Counted from the stretch's first letter, positions 12,554 through 26,533 are shown. The stretch: 64,000 nucleotides of DNA from Octopus sinensis (GCF_006345805.1 NC_043006.1:10788001-10852000), one strand, 5' to 3'. The notes: generated by a model from the sequence alone, not told the origin. Numbers and translations: made by a program.

Positions 12554-12780
12554 TGTTTCCACGCATGTATTTGTGTTTGTGTGCATACTACGCGACAACC
12601 GGTGTTGGTTTGTTTGCCTTCCCGTAACTTAGCAATTTTTATCTTACCGACCGATTTCAAATGTACCTGAGTTAAAATAAAATACTAAAGGGGTGTGTGC
12701 GTTACTTAGACTTGACCCTTAAAGGTGGTGTTCCAGCAGAGCCGCAGTCTAATGACCAAAACAAGTAAAAGAATAAGGAA
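12550..12780 (+). mobile_element. 3' half of SINE family B (diverged)
   Basis: GACAACCGGTGTTGGTTTGTTT..CCCGTAACTTAGC...GCCGCAGTCTAATGACCAAAACAAGTAAAAGA. Confidence 0.7.
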
Positions 12781-13109
12781 AAGACACGCAAACACATATA
12801 TGCCATAACAAATATTTTACGATCAAGTTGAAAATTCACGAGGCGATGTAGGCCGGACACTTGCACGGTATAAGGTCAAATCGTTAGATAATTTGAAACG
12901 CCAAAATATTCTTTTCTACTCTAAGCACAAGGTCCGAAATTTTGTGGGTGGGAGCCAGTCGATTATATCAAACCCATATATACCTCCAAAAGGATGAGAA
13001 TCAAAGGTACAAGGGAGATAAACGAGGAGGGAAAGTTGAGAGATTAAAAGAGAGGAGGTCAGGAAATCTGAGAGAAGGTGAACGATAAAAAGAAATACAT
13101 ACACATATG

Positions 13110-14317
13110 CAATTTTACCTTGTACTTATTCTTAATTCAGCCCTAGAATAGTTCGATTTTAACAGTTATTTTTTCAAAGCTTATAATGGAAGAGACAAAG
13201 AAGCATGTTCGGCATATTTTGCTTTGTGATTTTAATAAAAGCAACGACGCAACGGAAACTGCGAGGAATATTTATGCAGTATAAAGGAAACAGACAATAA
13301 ACGTAAGCCAATGTCAACGGTGTTACCAGAAATTCCAAGCCGGAAACTACAGCCTAGAAGACGAGCCTCGACTTGGGAGATCTGTAGAGCTCGACGAGGA
13401 CGTTCTGCAAAGCCTGGTGGAAAAAAATCCCATTGTAACTGTTGAGGAACTAGCAGAGAAGCTTGTATTTTGTCATTCAACCTTTCATCGGCACCTGCGT
13501 GCCATAGCAAAAGAAAGCAATTTAGGCCAATGGGTCCCTCAACAACTTTCTTAGTATAATCCCGTACAAGCAGTGAATGTGTGCTCTTCTCTGCTGACAC
13601 GTCTCACGAACGAACCTATTTTGGGACTGAATAGTGACTGGTGACAAGAAATGGAATGTCTATAAAAACGTCAAGCGCGAAAGACAGTGGGTAGGGAAAG
13701 TAGAAATGTTAAACGCCGATGACAGTGGGCAGAGAAACACCAGCATCCCAGGCTAAAGAAGGTCTTCACCCATGCAAGGTGTTGTTATCTGTTTCGTTGG
13801 ATATGAAAGGTTTAGTCCACTTCGAACATTTAAACCGAAACCAGACGATAAGAAAGATCTACTGCAAACAGTTTGAGCGGCTTAAGTCAGCGCCTGAAGA
13901 AAAAATACCATCTTTGGTTTCAAGAAGAAAATTGTTTTTCCATTAGGTTGATGCTCGGTCACATACAACGAGGATGACATTCCAAAGGCTGGATAAGTTT
14001 GTATTGCAAACGATTCTCCACCCACCATATTCGTCGGTTACTGCCCCATCTTATTATCATTTATTCTGCAATCTTCAAAATCATTTGGAGAGAAAAAATA
14101 TGAATTCTGTAGGTGAGGTCAGAAGAGTACCGGTGGAGTATTTTTCGTCTCGGACAAATGCATTCCGGAAGAGGGGGCCTTGCAAGTCTAACACACAGAT
14201 GGAAAATGGTAGAAAATAAAGGAGAGTATATTATAGGTTAAAAAGAACTTTGCTTATCTTAATTTTGAAAAATATAAGAAGTATAAAAAGACTGCATTAT
14301 CTATGGGATGACCCAAA
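13110..14317 (+). mobile_element. Near full-length decayed mariner transposon (pseudogenised transposase)
   Basis: MEETKKHVRHILLCDFNK at 13186, IVTGDKKW at ~13630, GLHPCKVLLSV..DMKGLVHFE, HPPYSSVTAPSYYHLFCNLQNHL; right TIR TGCATTATCTATGGGATGACCCAA; left TIR not found. Confidence 0.9.
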
Positions 14318-14383
14318 GCGTATACACACACACATACACACACACCACACATACACACACGCATACACACACACACCACACAG

Positions 14384-14433
<50 letters not shown>

Positions 14434-15029
14434 TATATATACGTGTTCTACTTTGGAACATTGATTAAACAACAACGAATTAGGAGTTTAAAACATTTAG
14501 AGAAACATGAAGTCGAGCACCAGAAATGAAGTGAAAATCGCGTGCTTGAAGTAGTTGTTTTCGCACGTGTCGTTAATGCAGGTATTTTAATCAGAACACG
14601 CACGCGTGCGCAGAAGGGTAGGCGTTTTCGGGAAACTTTCATTTCATATTTCAAAAGATATTGAAACGAAGTATATTTCAAAAGAAAACCAGGCTCCGGT
14701 TATCAGCTGATGGTAGGAAATAAGAAAGAGTAAGTACTGGAAATCGCAGCCTTTCAGATGGAACATATTAAAGAATACTGTACATATGTACTGAGTCCTG
14801 TCACCCATCTCTGGTGATTCAACAAGTTTATACACACACACACACTCTCTCACACACACAAACACCCACAGACACACACACATATATGAAATGACTACGT
14901 CACGGTGTATGTTTTTAGTTAAATGCCACAAACGATTTGTGGAGATTTTTTAATGGACATTTCATGATAATTTTTGTCTCATTTTCTGTCCATGCGTAAA
15001 ATCTTTCACAAACACTTGATTTCGTTGCC

Positions 15030-15355
15030 CTGGTGGCGGCGGCGGCGGCGGTGCTAGCGGTGGCGGTTTGGGTGGTGGTGGAGGTGACGGTGGTGATAGC
15101 GGTCACTCTGCTAATGGTGGTGACGGTGCTAATGGAGGTCACGGTGCTGGTGGTGGTAGTGGTGGTGGTGGTGGCGGCGGTGGTGGTGGTGGTGGTGGTG
15201 GTGGTGGTGGTGGTGGTGGTGGTTGTGGCAGTGGTGGTACTGGTGGTGGTGTTGCTGGTTTCGGTGGTGGTGGTGGTGGTGATGGCGTTGATGGTGGTTT
15301 TGATGGCGGTGGTGGTGGTTGCGGTGGTGATCTTGGTCGTATTGGTGGTTGTTTG
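15030..15355. repeat. Degenerate (GGT/GGC)n trinucleotide tract
   Basis: Direct reading. Confidence 0.9.
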
Positions 15356-16451
15356 TTTTATTATTGCGCTTGTATATTTCTTTGATCATACCATCAAGTC
15401 TTACATTGCTCTGCTAAAGAACGCCATATCTCTGAGCTTCCTAATGAATCAGAGCTTTGAGAGACGTGCTGGAGTATTTTATAAAATCTAATGGATATCG
15501 ATATCTCAAGTGATATTTCTTAAAGTAGATGATATACGAATCTATAATACTAATAATAATACTACATAATATACATAACATATAGTACACTGATATGAAT
15601 TAAACTACTTCCACTAGTAACCGTTCATTATGATGATGATGATGTTCGTGAGGATAATGATGTTTCTGCGATAGTATATGTAACTGATACTGTTGAAACT
15701 GTAGGTAAACACTTTGATAAAGAAATTGGCATATAACCAAGAAAGATGGACATAAGCACGATCGAGAAAATATCAAAAGCAAATGTTGAAAATATTTTTA
15801 ATGCATTTTGACACAATGTTCGGTGAGTTTGAAAATATATTTTCACAACGTCCCACCTTCGAGTATTAGCATCCTTTACTCCAGCAACCTAATTTCTAGT
15901 CAAATAATATTCTTCCGTCGGCGGTGCCCTGGACTACGAAACATCACGTAGCATGCTGCTTATCACGATAAATTATGCTCTTTCACTGAAACACACTGAA
16001 ATGCAAAAATATCATAATACAACTAGAAATACTCATACAAACACACATACACATGTAAACACACATTCACATACAAACACACACACACACACTTACTCTC
16101 TTTCTCCCTCTTTTCTTCTCTTTCCGTATGTGTATGTTTCTATGTATGTACGTATGCGTGTGTTAGCATCCATCTATCTGTCTATCTATCAATCTATTTA
16201 TCGGTGAGGCTATATATTTATAGTTATGTTGATACAAATGAATATAGATAGACATGTCTGTTAACGGACGTTTATATATGTTTATATTTTTATGTATTGT
16301 ACATACGTATCTATGTACTTTTATGTGTATATCCGTGTGCATATGTCTATATCCATAAATTAACTCTCGAGCACCTACACGCCGACCCCCTATCTCAACG
16401 AAATCATTATTATTATCATCATCATCATCATTGTGATTATTATTATTATTA

Positions 16452-16499
<48 letters not shown>

Positions 16500-17964
16500 C
16501 TATTATTGGCATTTGCATTTCTTGTTTAGCAGTCTTTTTAATGACCTTTATCGGCTAATTAACCGAAATATTTTTTCCCTTCTAATCGGAAAATACTATG
16601 AGCGCTTCTTCGTTTCTTCATACAGATTTCGATCCCTCTATGAGTGCATACGATTGATCTAAATAAACGGTTCAATACTATTTATTATTGGGACATATTA
16701 ATTTGAGACCATTGACTTTAAATTTCCTTTCGAGTGTTTTTTTTTTTGTTTTTTGTTTTTATATTTCCTTTATCTAATATTTTTTATTGATATTGATATT
16801 TTTGTCACTTTAAATATTATTGTTAGCATCGTTGATTTATTTATTCTTGTTTACTTTCCCTTTTACGAGTTGCAATATGTTCGTAGAGGATTCAACAACA
16901 TGATAGTGAAACAAACAAGCCTACAAGTAAACAAAATTACAAAAAAGAAAAAAAAAATATTCCATTGAAATTTTCTGTGAGACTTTCAGGCAATTCACTG
17001 TTATTGAAGTAAGATTTAATTACTGGCTTTCAATGGAGAAATATTTTAATCGAAACAGTGAATGAGGTCGTAGTGAATTGGTAGTTTTGTCTTTGAATCT
17101 CATTGGCTGTAGTATTTCTATCAATGAATGCGTGGATTCAAATCTCTTTATATGCCGTGGCCATTAAACCGTCCTTAATCCTTGCCCTCATTTACCACCA
17201 TTCGCTTTCTCTTTTCTTATTTGCATTTTAAGTTCCGGAATTGCTAATTCAGCGTCAGTGGTTTGATTCCGGCTTAAACCAAATTATAGTTGTTTACGAC
17301 ACATATCTACAGTTTTATATCGTACTCAGTAACGTCGAGGATAAATCAGCTACACGCGCGAGGATAACTTATGACAAATTGTATGAAGGCAAAAAAAAAA
17401 TGATACAACCGGTTGTACACGGTTAGCAGACGTACACGTGGGAGTGGGTGGTTTGGTGGTAGTGGGGGTGATTGGATAGTGACAGTGTATTTTTTAGATC
17501 GAAGGTCTTTACTATCAGCCATCACTTAACGCCTGCGCAATTCCAAAAAAGTGCAATTCCATAAAAATACTGACGTTTATTTACGTGGAAGATCTATGCA
17601 GTTTAACTAAAGGTTGTATCATATGTACAGGATTTCTTTTTGTTTATGGGGAAAATGTGAAAATAAGACTGAATATTCATTTCACGAGTGCTGTGTAGTA
17701 AGTCTATAAAACCGTGCATGAAGTATATAACATGTATATATAAAGTGCATTAGGTAATAATCATTGTATTCCAATTTCTTTAACTTTTCAAAGAGTAGCA
17801 GATGAGACGGACACAACACAGGCTACGGTTTCAGGGTTTTTGGATAAAGTTTTCAGAAATGACTCAATAGTTTTACCATTAACTTCCTGAAATATTCACG
17901 GGTCTCGCAAGTTTTTAATGTTACAGGAGTAATAATGTTGTACATCACTTATGTAACATCGGTT

Positions 17965-18161
17965 TCAAATTTTAACACAACACCAGCAATTTCAGTAGAG
18001 TAGCTTCTTTCATTACGTCGACCCCAATGCTCAAACGGTAATTATGTTATCGATCCTGAAAGCATAAAAAGCAAAGTTGACCTCGGTAGAATTCGAACTC
18101 GCAACGTAAAGACGCTAAGCGTTTTGCTCGGCTGCTTAATGATTCTGCCAGCTCACTGCCT
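17965..18161 (-). mobile_element. Old SINE family A copy
   Basis: GTCGACCCCAATGCTCAA..TTATCGATCCTGAAAGCATAAAAAGCAAAGTTGACCTCGG..GATTCTGCCAGCTCACTGCC. Confidence 0.7.
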
Positions 18162-19550
18162 CATGCAAAACTTATTTAATACCAAAGGTGTTTAGTTACT
18201 ATCTAACGGTAGTATTTTGAGAAATTGTTTTGTTTTTTATTATTTATGCCACCGCTTGAAAGATTTTTTAAAGTTTTCACTTTTTTATTGTTATTTTTAT
18301 GTCTTTTCAGAGGCAATTGAACACAACTTACGAATTTACACGACCACGATACAAGAAAATAAAAAGAGATTTATTTGAATTTCCAAAAATTTCCAAGTCC
18401 ATAGCGCTTCGAGGGAGAATCCTTTTCTAGTAATTTCTGAAAACTGAAGGAAGTAAAAATATGCTAATGAGCTGATAGTAGAATAAATAGACTTTATGAA
18501 TGAATCAATGAAATAAATAAACAGCCTTAGCACACTGAGATCTTGTCAGCAAAGTGGAAAACACAAGATTAATGAATAAGACTTACAACAGATGACAAGA
18601 ACATATCTATGAAGAAACCTTCAACTTATGACTAATGAATGACAGTTAGAATATACCTAAAGAAAACGAACTATTTCAGTGAAATTGTTTTATCTGGAAT
18701 ACGTACGATGATCCTGTGTGGATGTTTTAACATTCAGAATATACAGGGATAGTTAGCTCTAACGACAGATAATACATCTTCAAGAGACGAGAGATTCTAT
18801 AATTACTTGCAAATATATTTCAGGACGTTATATATGTGCATAAATATACGTGTGAGCGCGTGAATCTTTGAATGTGTTTTGTGTATAGAAATATACGTGA
18901 ATGTATAAATATATATATTCATGTATGTACACATATTGAGAGGTATAGATCGCGTCAACTAAAACGCTAAAGCTGACTGTTCGTTTAATGTCCAAGCTTA
19001 TGGAAAGAAAACGAAGTCAACAAAACAGGTATTAACGTACGGAACAATGAAAGAACTGAAATATAATCGACAGCCAATCAGAATCAGCTAATTTAAAGTT
19101 GTTGGACGTCATTTGGACGCCTTCTCTCATTGGTTAATTATAAGCTCAACTGTTTTACTATGCCATGCCCGCAACTACAAGGAATCTCGTATCCCTCGTC
19201 TTCCTATCAGTCATCCTGGTTGGGTAAGTAATATTTTTTTCCTCTTCAACTCACATGTTTCTGACATGCCATACTCTCCCATTTGCATTTATTCAATGGA
19301 AATATCAATATTTATTTTTCTCATTTATAATTCATCGCACTCACATAAGATATCGATATTGTGCATATTTTATACATCTGCAAGAGATCTGGTCTCCATA
19401 CACCAGACGTATTTCGGCAAAGATAAAGATGTCGACTCCTATTTCAGTTATTTAAGTGATTTAAAATCAAGCTTGAGCCAGAGTCTCTCTCCAATCTCTC
19501 ACTTTATCTCTCTTTCTCTTCTTCCTCCCCTCCTCTTCTCTCTCTCTCTG

Positions 19551-19610
<60 letters not shown>

Positions 19611-19879
19611 GTCTCTCTTTCACTTATTGTCTTCTATTCTCTTCATACCTTACGCAGAAAATTATACGAGTGTGTGTTTGTATCTTATAACATATTAGAA
19701 TCATAATATAATAGATTGAATTATATCATATATTACATTATATTATATTATATCATATTATAATATATTATATTTGTCATTGTTTGCTGCAATACATCTA
19801 GTGACAAATATATTAGATTATTATCATCATTTTAAGTAATCACGTGTTATTTCACGCGATTACTTACAGAAAGGATGTT

Positions 19880-19889
19880 GATAATAATG

Positions 19890-19929
<40 letters not shown>

Positions 19930-20625
19930 CGATATAATAATAATAATAATAATAATAATAAATGTCCTGATGCAGTACCAGACAGTGGCTCTCATGGCTT
20001 CTGATCTTAACTGATTGGAAGTGTTATCATGTACATTGTTTTGTCTTGGTATAAAAGATGGGCTACAGCAAATATTCTGCTCAATACCACAGATTTGCTT
20101 GTCAGTTGTTTGACCTTAACCAGTTGACCATTTCCCTTAGTGGCTGACGATTTGTGCATCCCTGATCATGAGCAGACGTAATGGGGGAGCATCATAGCCG
20201 TGTATTGAAAGGAATGCTTTGGGGTTTGAATAATACACCTTTGGAAGTGTTATAATGTACATGTTTTGTAAAAGATAGGCTACAACAAATATTCTACTCA
20301 GAACCACAGATTTGCTTGTCAGTTGCTTGTCCTTAACCAGTTGAGCATGTCCCTTAGTGGCTGACGATATGTGCATCGCTGATCATTAGCATGGGTAGTG
20401 GGATAACATGACAGCCATGTGTTAAAAGGGATTCTTTGGAGTCTGAATAATTAATCTCTGGTAACATGGATGTTTCGTTCATCTTCATTAAACAACCCTT
20501 ATTCACAAACCTTTTGAACGGAATGTGATATTCAACCCGAAGAAAATTGTAGCTGAGCTCCCACCTGCAATATCACCTGCTGTTTATCTTGATATGAGAT
20601 AACCATCTCGTAGATTACCATGTAT
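19880..20625. repeat. Interspersed repeat joined to (TAA)n, with an internal ~220-bp tandem duplication; probably a retroelement 3' end on the minus strand
   Basis: GGAAGTGTTAT(C/A)ATGTACAT at 20017 and 20243; CCCTTAGTGGCTGACGAT at 20133 and 20351. Family unassigned. Confidence 0.55.
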
Positions 20626-20634
20626 GAGATTACC

Positions 20635-20803
20635 AGTAGTAGTAGTTGATTTTATTGTTGCTGTTGCTCTACGACTAGTAGTAGTAGTAGTAGTACCAAC
20701 AGCAGCAGTAACAGCAGCAGTAGCAGTAGTAGTAGTAGAAGTAGTAGTAGTAGTAGTAGTAGTACCAACAGCAGCAGTAACAGCAGCAGCAGCAGTAGTA
20801 GTA

Positions 20804-20836
<33 letters not shown>

Positions 20837-20854
20837 CCAACAGCAGCAGTAACT

Positions 20855-20891
<37 letters not shown>

Positions 20892-20989
20892 TAGTAAGTG
20901 ATGGTGGTGGTGTGGGTGGTAGTGGGGGCGGCGGCAGCGACAGCAGCGGAATCAGCAGCAGCAGCAGTAGTAGTAATAGTAGTAGTAGC

Positions 20990-21027
<38 letters not shown>

Positions 21028-21072
21028 CAGCAGCTACACCAAGAAGAAGAAACAGAAGAAGAAGAAGAAGAC
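20635..21072. repeat. Compound (GTA)/(GCA)/(GAA) tract with three higher-order ~70-bp units
   Basis: GTACCAACAGCAGCAGTAAC occurs at ~20693, ~20762 and ~20833. Confidence 0.9.
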
Positions 21073-21416
21073 GTCATGAGATAAACATTAAAGAAGAAAA
21101 CGAGAGCAGGCTCACAGTTCACGCATGCCTAATGAGGCAGACACCAACAATAGTGAATAGATCAGAAAGTTTACCTGGTGGAGAAGAGACGGTAAACTAG
21201 AGAACGGAAACCTAGGTTCCCATGTCGAAGAAAAAAGGATCTGTTTTAGAAGAGAATTTTTGAAAACTAGAAAGAAAGAAAAAACAGAAATATATGAAAA
21301 AGAAGAAATCAAACTTTAAAAGAAAGATTCATTCGGTTTCTTTTGATAACAAGAAAAATGTAATAACGGATGACAATGTTTGTTGGCCAAAGAAAGGGAT
21401 AGTAAGGAGAAAAAAA

Positions 21417-21651
21417 CCTATTTCTTTACTACCCACAAGGGGCTAAACATAGAGAGGACATACAAGGACAGACAAACGGATTAAGTCGATTATATCGACC
21501 CCAGTGCGTAGCTGGTACTTAATTTATCGACCCCGAAAGGATGAAAGACAAAGTCGACCACGGCGGAATTTGAACTCAGAACGTAACGGCAGACGAAATA
21601 CGGCTACGCATTTCGCCCGGCGTGCTAACGTTTCTGCCAGCTCGCCGCCTT
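21417..21651 (-). mobile_element. SINE family A, monomer with TSD
   Basis: Full head-to-tail copy; flanks AGTAAGGAGAAAAAAAC / AGTAAAGAGAAAATAC. Confidence 0.9.
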
Positions 21652-21867
21652 TCAAGTAAAGAGAAAATACTGTGGGAGTGCTTTTGGCAGCACTAGAATA
21701 AATCCTAGGGTAAATTGGATCAATAGAATGGCAGGTGAGCAGGAATACTTCACCCAAATGTTGAGTGTGTATGAAGATTCATTTGAGACTATGGTTTAGA
21801 GAGTATAGGAATGCCCACTTAAGTCAGAATAGATAAAAACAAAGTGTATGATTATTCTTTCATGCCT

Positions 21868-23250
21868 GTACTTGTTTCAGTCATTTGACTGCGGCCGTGC
21901 TGGAGCACCGCCTTTAGTCGAGCAAATCGACCCCAGGACTTATTCTTTGTAAGCCTAGTACTTATTCTATAGTTATCTATTGCCGAACCGCTAAGTTACG
22001 GGCCGTAAACACACCAGCATCTGTTGTCAAGCGATGTTGGTGGGACAAACGCAGACACACAAACATACACACACACACACATATATACGACGGGTTTCTT
22101 TCAGTTTCCGTCTACCAAATCAACTCACAAGGCTTTGGTCAGCTCGAGGCTATAGAAGAAGTCACTTGCCCAAGGTGCCATGCAGTGGGACTGAACTCGG
22201 AACCACGTGGTTCGTAAGCAAGTTACTTTATTTAATTTTATTTGCTATAAAGGCAGTATACAGAGTAGCTGCGGGCTGGACAAACACATTAATGAATGAA
22301 TATGAAATAAAAATAAATAAATGAGATGCGTAACCCAACACCCGCCGATTGGAGTTTTCTCGAAAACATATTTTCTTTTTTCAAAAGATCAGTGAGGTTT
22401 CAAATCTCTTACAAAAAGGAAGCACAAACACCTCTTACTTAACGTTTTTTTTAAAAACCACACAATTGAGTCTATAAACCACTACAAATAATGCAGTAAG
22501 ATGAGGTTTCAAACCCTCTAAGGAGGCTTTTTCCTCTCCTACTCATCGATATATACATCAATATATCCATCATTATCTTCAATGCCGCTTCAGTTCCTGT
22601 ACCCCGCTATTTCCCATGCCCCATTCATGTACGAGGCATACGCCGTGTTAGGGCCACCCGACCATATGCGACATTTCTCTTTAAATCTTTTAAGCTTTTC
22701 CCACACGGAAAACCTTATGACTTCCACAGCTATCTGCGGAGGCCATTCGGGATCCCGTGTGAAGGCCATATCTACTGTCACTTTATGTTCTTCTACCATT
22801 TTTCCACCTCCCCACCCTTGTAGAAAAATATAAGTAATTCTTCATCTTTAAGGGTGGGGGTCGTTTCTTCCACTGCGGGTGGTACAACTTCGGAATATGC
22901 AGACGGCACATCATCGTCCACCTGCAATGACCCGTTCTTTTTCTTTCTTTTTTTTCTTTCCTTCTTGACTTCGGGAGAGTGGAGCTCTTCTGCTTTGTCC
23001 GGAGTCTCTCCTCCAACTCCCGAAGCCTTAGGGTCCTTCGGCGGGCAACCATTGTTGCCCGCTTTCTTCTTTTTTAATCGTTTTTGGGTTGAGGAGGCTT
23101 CCCTTTGACCGGGTAGGGGAGGTGGCTGCCAGTGACTGTTCCAGGACCTTACCATGGTCCTGGGAGCAGTTCTTTTTAATGTGGCCTGAGTGCAGACACG
23201 AGTAGGCCGTTCGCAAGCAAGCTACTTACCACACAGCCACTCCTACGCCT
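21868..23250 (-). mobile_element. SINE family B split by a 980-bp insertion (SINE parts 21868-22228 and 23209-23250)
   Basis: The SINE stops at ...GTTCGTAAGCAAGTTACTT and resumes at GTTCGCAAGCAAGCTACTTACCACACAGCCACTCCT. Confidence 0.9.
22229..23208 (-). mobile_element. 5'-truncated retro-insert encoding a gag/ORF1-like zinc-knuckle protein fragment, 3' UTR and degenerate poly(A); no RT
   Basis: 19-bp TSD (22210-22228 / 23209-23227); YSCLHSGHIKKNC knuckle, Lys/Glu-rich region, frameshifted continuation to the stop at 22590; tail AAATAAAATTAAATAAA. Confidence 0.75.
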
Positions 23251-24088
23251 ACCGATAGGGAATAAATATTTCACGAAACAAATACGGTGTACCAATAGAA
23301 TTAGTAGACATGATTTCTTAATTAAGCACAATGCCAAAGTTTTGAAGGGAAGGGGTTAGTGGGTAACATGACCCTTATTATTGGACTACTACTCAATTTT
23401 ATCGATAAAGAAGAAATGAAAAGCAAAGCTGACTTCGGTAAATTTGAATGCAGTACGTAAAGAACTAGAAAAAAAAAACATCGCTCAAAATTTTCTCTGG
23501 TGATTTATCGATTCTGCTAACTCACCACTTCAATGATCCTATAAATTTTTTTCAAATCTTGGCACAGGGCAATAATTATTTAAGGGGAGGTGTTCGTCGA
23601 TCACGTGGTTCCCAGTACTTGATTACTGCTGTATTTTATCGATCTGGAAAAGGATAAAAGTCAAAGTTGACTGAGATGGGAGAATGTCAAGAGCCGGAAC
23701 AAATTCTGTAAAAGCATTTCTTCCTGACAATCTAACGATTCTGCTAGCTAGACGCCTAATGGAAAACACACATAATTAAACAGAATAGTAGTTTCTAATT
23801 TATGTACAAGTTAGTAATTTTGGTATGCTTTTGACAGACAATGATATTTAGATTTTCTCTGGAGAATAAACAAAACGTTTAGAATTAGTGTCAACAGCTG
23901 AGACTTCATAATCTTTTATCTAGTACGTAATTACTATTGTTATTTCCCTGTTCAAGATACACCTTAGTACGAGACACTTTTGAAGTTATGATCTTAAAAG
24001 AATTTTATTAGGGTGGGAGTTGTGATTTTGTTTTTCATATTTATGTTACTAAATATTTAACCAAATGGATAGCCGAAGGACATAAGCA

Positions 24089-24906
24089 GGATCTTTTGCT
24101 TTTGAACGGCACATGTCAACAAAATTTCTAGTTAACTAAACACTTTCAAACTTCGTATACTGGTAGAATGTGTTTATAAAACATCACTTTTTCTTGGCTT
24201 TATTGAGAAAATTCTATATGTTGTAACATATTTCCACTTTAATTTCAAGCATTTCGGCAATTTTAACCAATCGCTGACCTTCATTTGGGGTGAAAACATT
24301 CCGTGCTGTATGAATATGTCCCTCGTTTAAGAAACAGTTGGATTTATTTACATTTGCGAAGAAAAAAAGATACCCTTCCCCTACCCCTAACCCTAACTCT
24401 AAAATAGATTGAAATGCAATATATTGATACTAGGGTTATAATTATGGGTGACATTTTCATTTGACACCGCTAGAAAAAAATCCCATTTTCCGTAGCGGTG
24501 TCGTATGAAATTGTCACCCATAATTATAACCCTAGTATCGATCTATTGCATTTCAATCTATTTTAGATTTAGGGTTAGAGTTAGGGTGGGTTAGGGTTAG
24601 GGTTAGGGGTGGGGGAAGGGTATCTTTTTTTATTCGCAAATGTAAATAAACCCAATCTGTTTCTTAAACGAGGGACATATTCATACAGCACGGAATTTTT
24701 TCACCCCAAATGGAGGTCAGCGATTGGTTAAAATTGCCGAAATGCTTGAAATTAAAGTGGAAATATCTTACAAACTATAGAATTTTCTCAATAAAGCCAA
24801 GAAAAAAATGATGTTTTATAAACACATTCTACCAGTATACGAAGTTTAAAAGTGTTTAGTTAACTAGAAATTGTGTTGACATGTGCCGTTCAAAAGGAAA
24901 AGATCC
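24089..24906. mobile_element. 818-bp foldback MITE with 8-bp TSD and internal telomere-like repeats (Merlin- or hAT-type)
   Basis: Arms ~24089-24472 and ~24493-24906 are reverse complements; termini GGATCTTTT / AAAAGATCC; TSD CATAAGCA (24081-24088) / CATAAGTA (24907-24914). Confidence 0.85.
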
Positions 24907-26533
24907 CATAAGTATTCGTTAAGAAACGAATTTGTTTCTGTGCTTCCTTCTCTTCATCCAAACGTAACTTTTGCTTCATTTTCCCCTCTGTCCTTCCTAC
25001 ATGTTGTATAAACATCACGGTTATTGTTTTTCTAAAATATTTTATCAGAATTTTATCCATGCCAAGCAATTTTCGCTAGATATAGGATGGCATGAACAAA
25101 TCACTTCATTTTCTAAATTTTAGCAACTGACACAAAAGATTCTTCGTTCAAATCGTTGGTGTCATTTTTATCTTCTTTAACGATCCTCTTTTCTAACACC
25201 ATTCTTAGAACTTGACGTAAATAGTGATATACATAACGTGGAATGGCTACAAAACAGTTGTACCGGTTTTATAACTTAGTTTTCAGATAGATCGCAACCA
25301 TTTTTTAAGTTTTGCAACATAGTTTATTGGTCGTTGAACTGAATTTCGTTTAACGTCGTTTTCACAACACCTGGAGAAGTAGCCAATTCGTGTGCACCAT
25401 TTTATCTTCTCTTTTTATGATCGATAATATTGCCGATGATGCATCAGGTTTTGATTAACCAAACTGAAGTAAGAAACGCATTTTACACATAAGTGTTTTG
25501 TCTAAATGTTAACCTTTTTATACTCAACATCCTAGCTTCAGTTCCCTGCTTCAAACTTGTCACACACACAGAAGCAGCAATATAGTTTATAGAGCCATAA
25601 AGAGTTCAGTATTTCCGAATACAAGAATTTTAAGGAAGCCTATTTGATAAATGTGACATGGCGGTTCAATGCAAAGATGACACCTGCGATTAAGTGATAC
25701 CGGTTGTTACCGGTTGTCTTCTGTTTTTTTTTTTTCAAAGAGTAGTTGACGGTGGCCTACAGAATTATACAGTTTCTTCCTTCTTATTTTTGTTGCGAAT
25801 GTTTATACTTTACAAAACAACGCATCATACGCAGGGAAATAATGGCTTCCTTTGACAGCTGCTTTCAAAGTAGATTATGATATAAATTTACAGTTCTACA
25901 GCTATGCTTTCAGTGAGTAAGCATATTATTAATATTATTATTATTATTATTATTGTTAAGCATTAAACATTATCAGATCCCGTAGTGCCAACGTTCTTTT
26001 AAGGTTGTTCTTTAGAGAATTTTGGTTTTTCTTCCGTCTCTTTTCTATTTCATTCCCGCCCATTTGTTTTTCTTTTCTTTTTTTCTTGAAAGATTATCTA
26101 CGTGAGCAACTGATCATAGTAGAAACTGGATTGATTATTATCGCTAGATTTAACCGATTAACTTGATTTATTGTCTTCATATGTATACTAGTTTGGCAAT
26201 GATCCCACATAAAAGCAGTGTGAAAGCCCTAACTTCAGTGGAAAGTAACAAAACAAAAATAATGGTAAACATATGCAAACACAGAGGTTTCTTAAGCCAA
26301 AATATATTTCAGTTTGGAATCTGATGGAAGTACTCACAACAATTGAGTAGACTTTTGGTTGACCATAGAACGCAATACAGCAAAAGATGTTCGAACCCCA
26401 TATAAGTTACGAACTATATATATATATATATATATATATTTTTATTATATAGAATTTACTCTGCTAAATTAATTTACTCTGCTATGTATTGAGTACCTTA
26501 TTTACTGTGGTTAACCCCGACTCAACCCGGACC

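Noticed and set aside
15033-15491. Gly-rich / Val-rich / His-rich ORFs
   Set aside because: Frames of a degenerate (GGT)n repeat, with no splice or domain support.
19113-19706. 197-aa ORF
   Set aside because: Non-ATG start, no recognisable motif, and it runs through a (CT)n tract.
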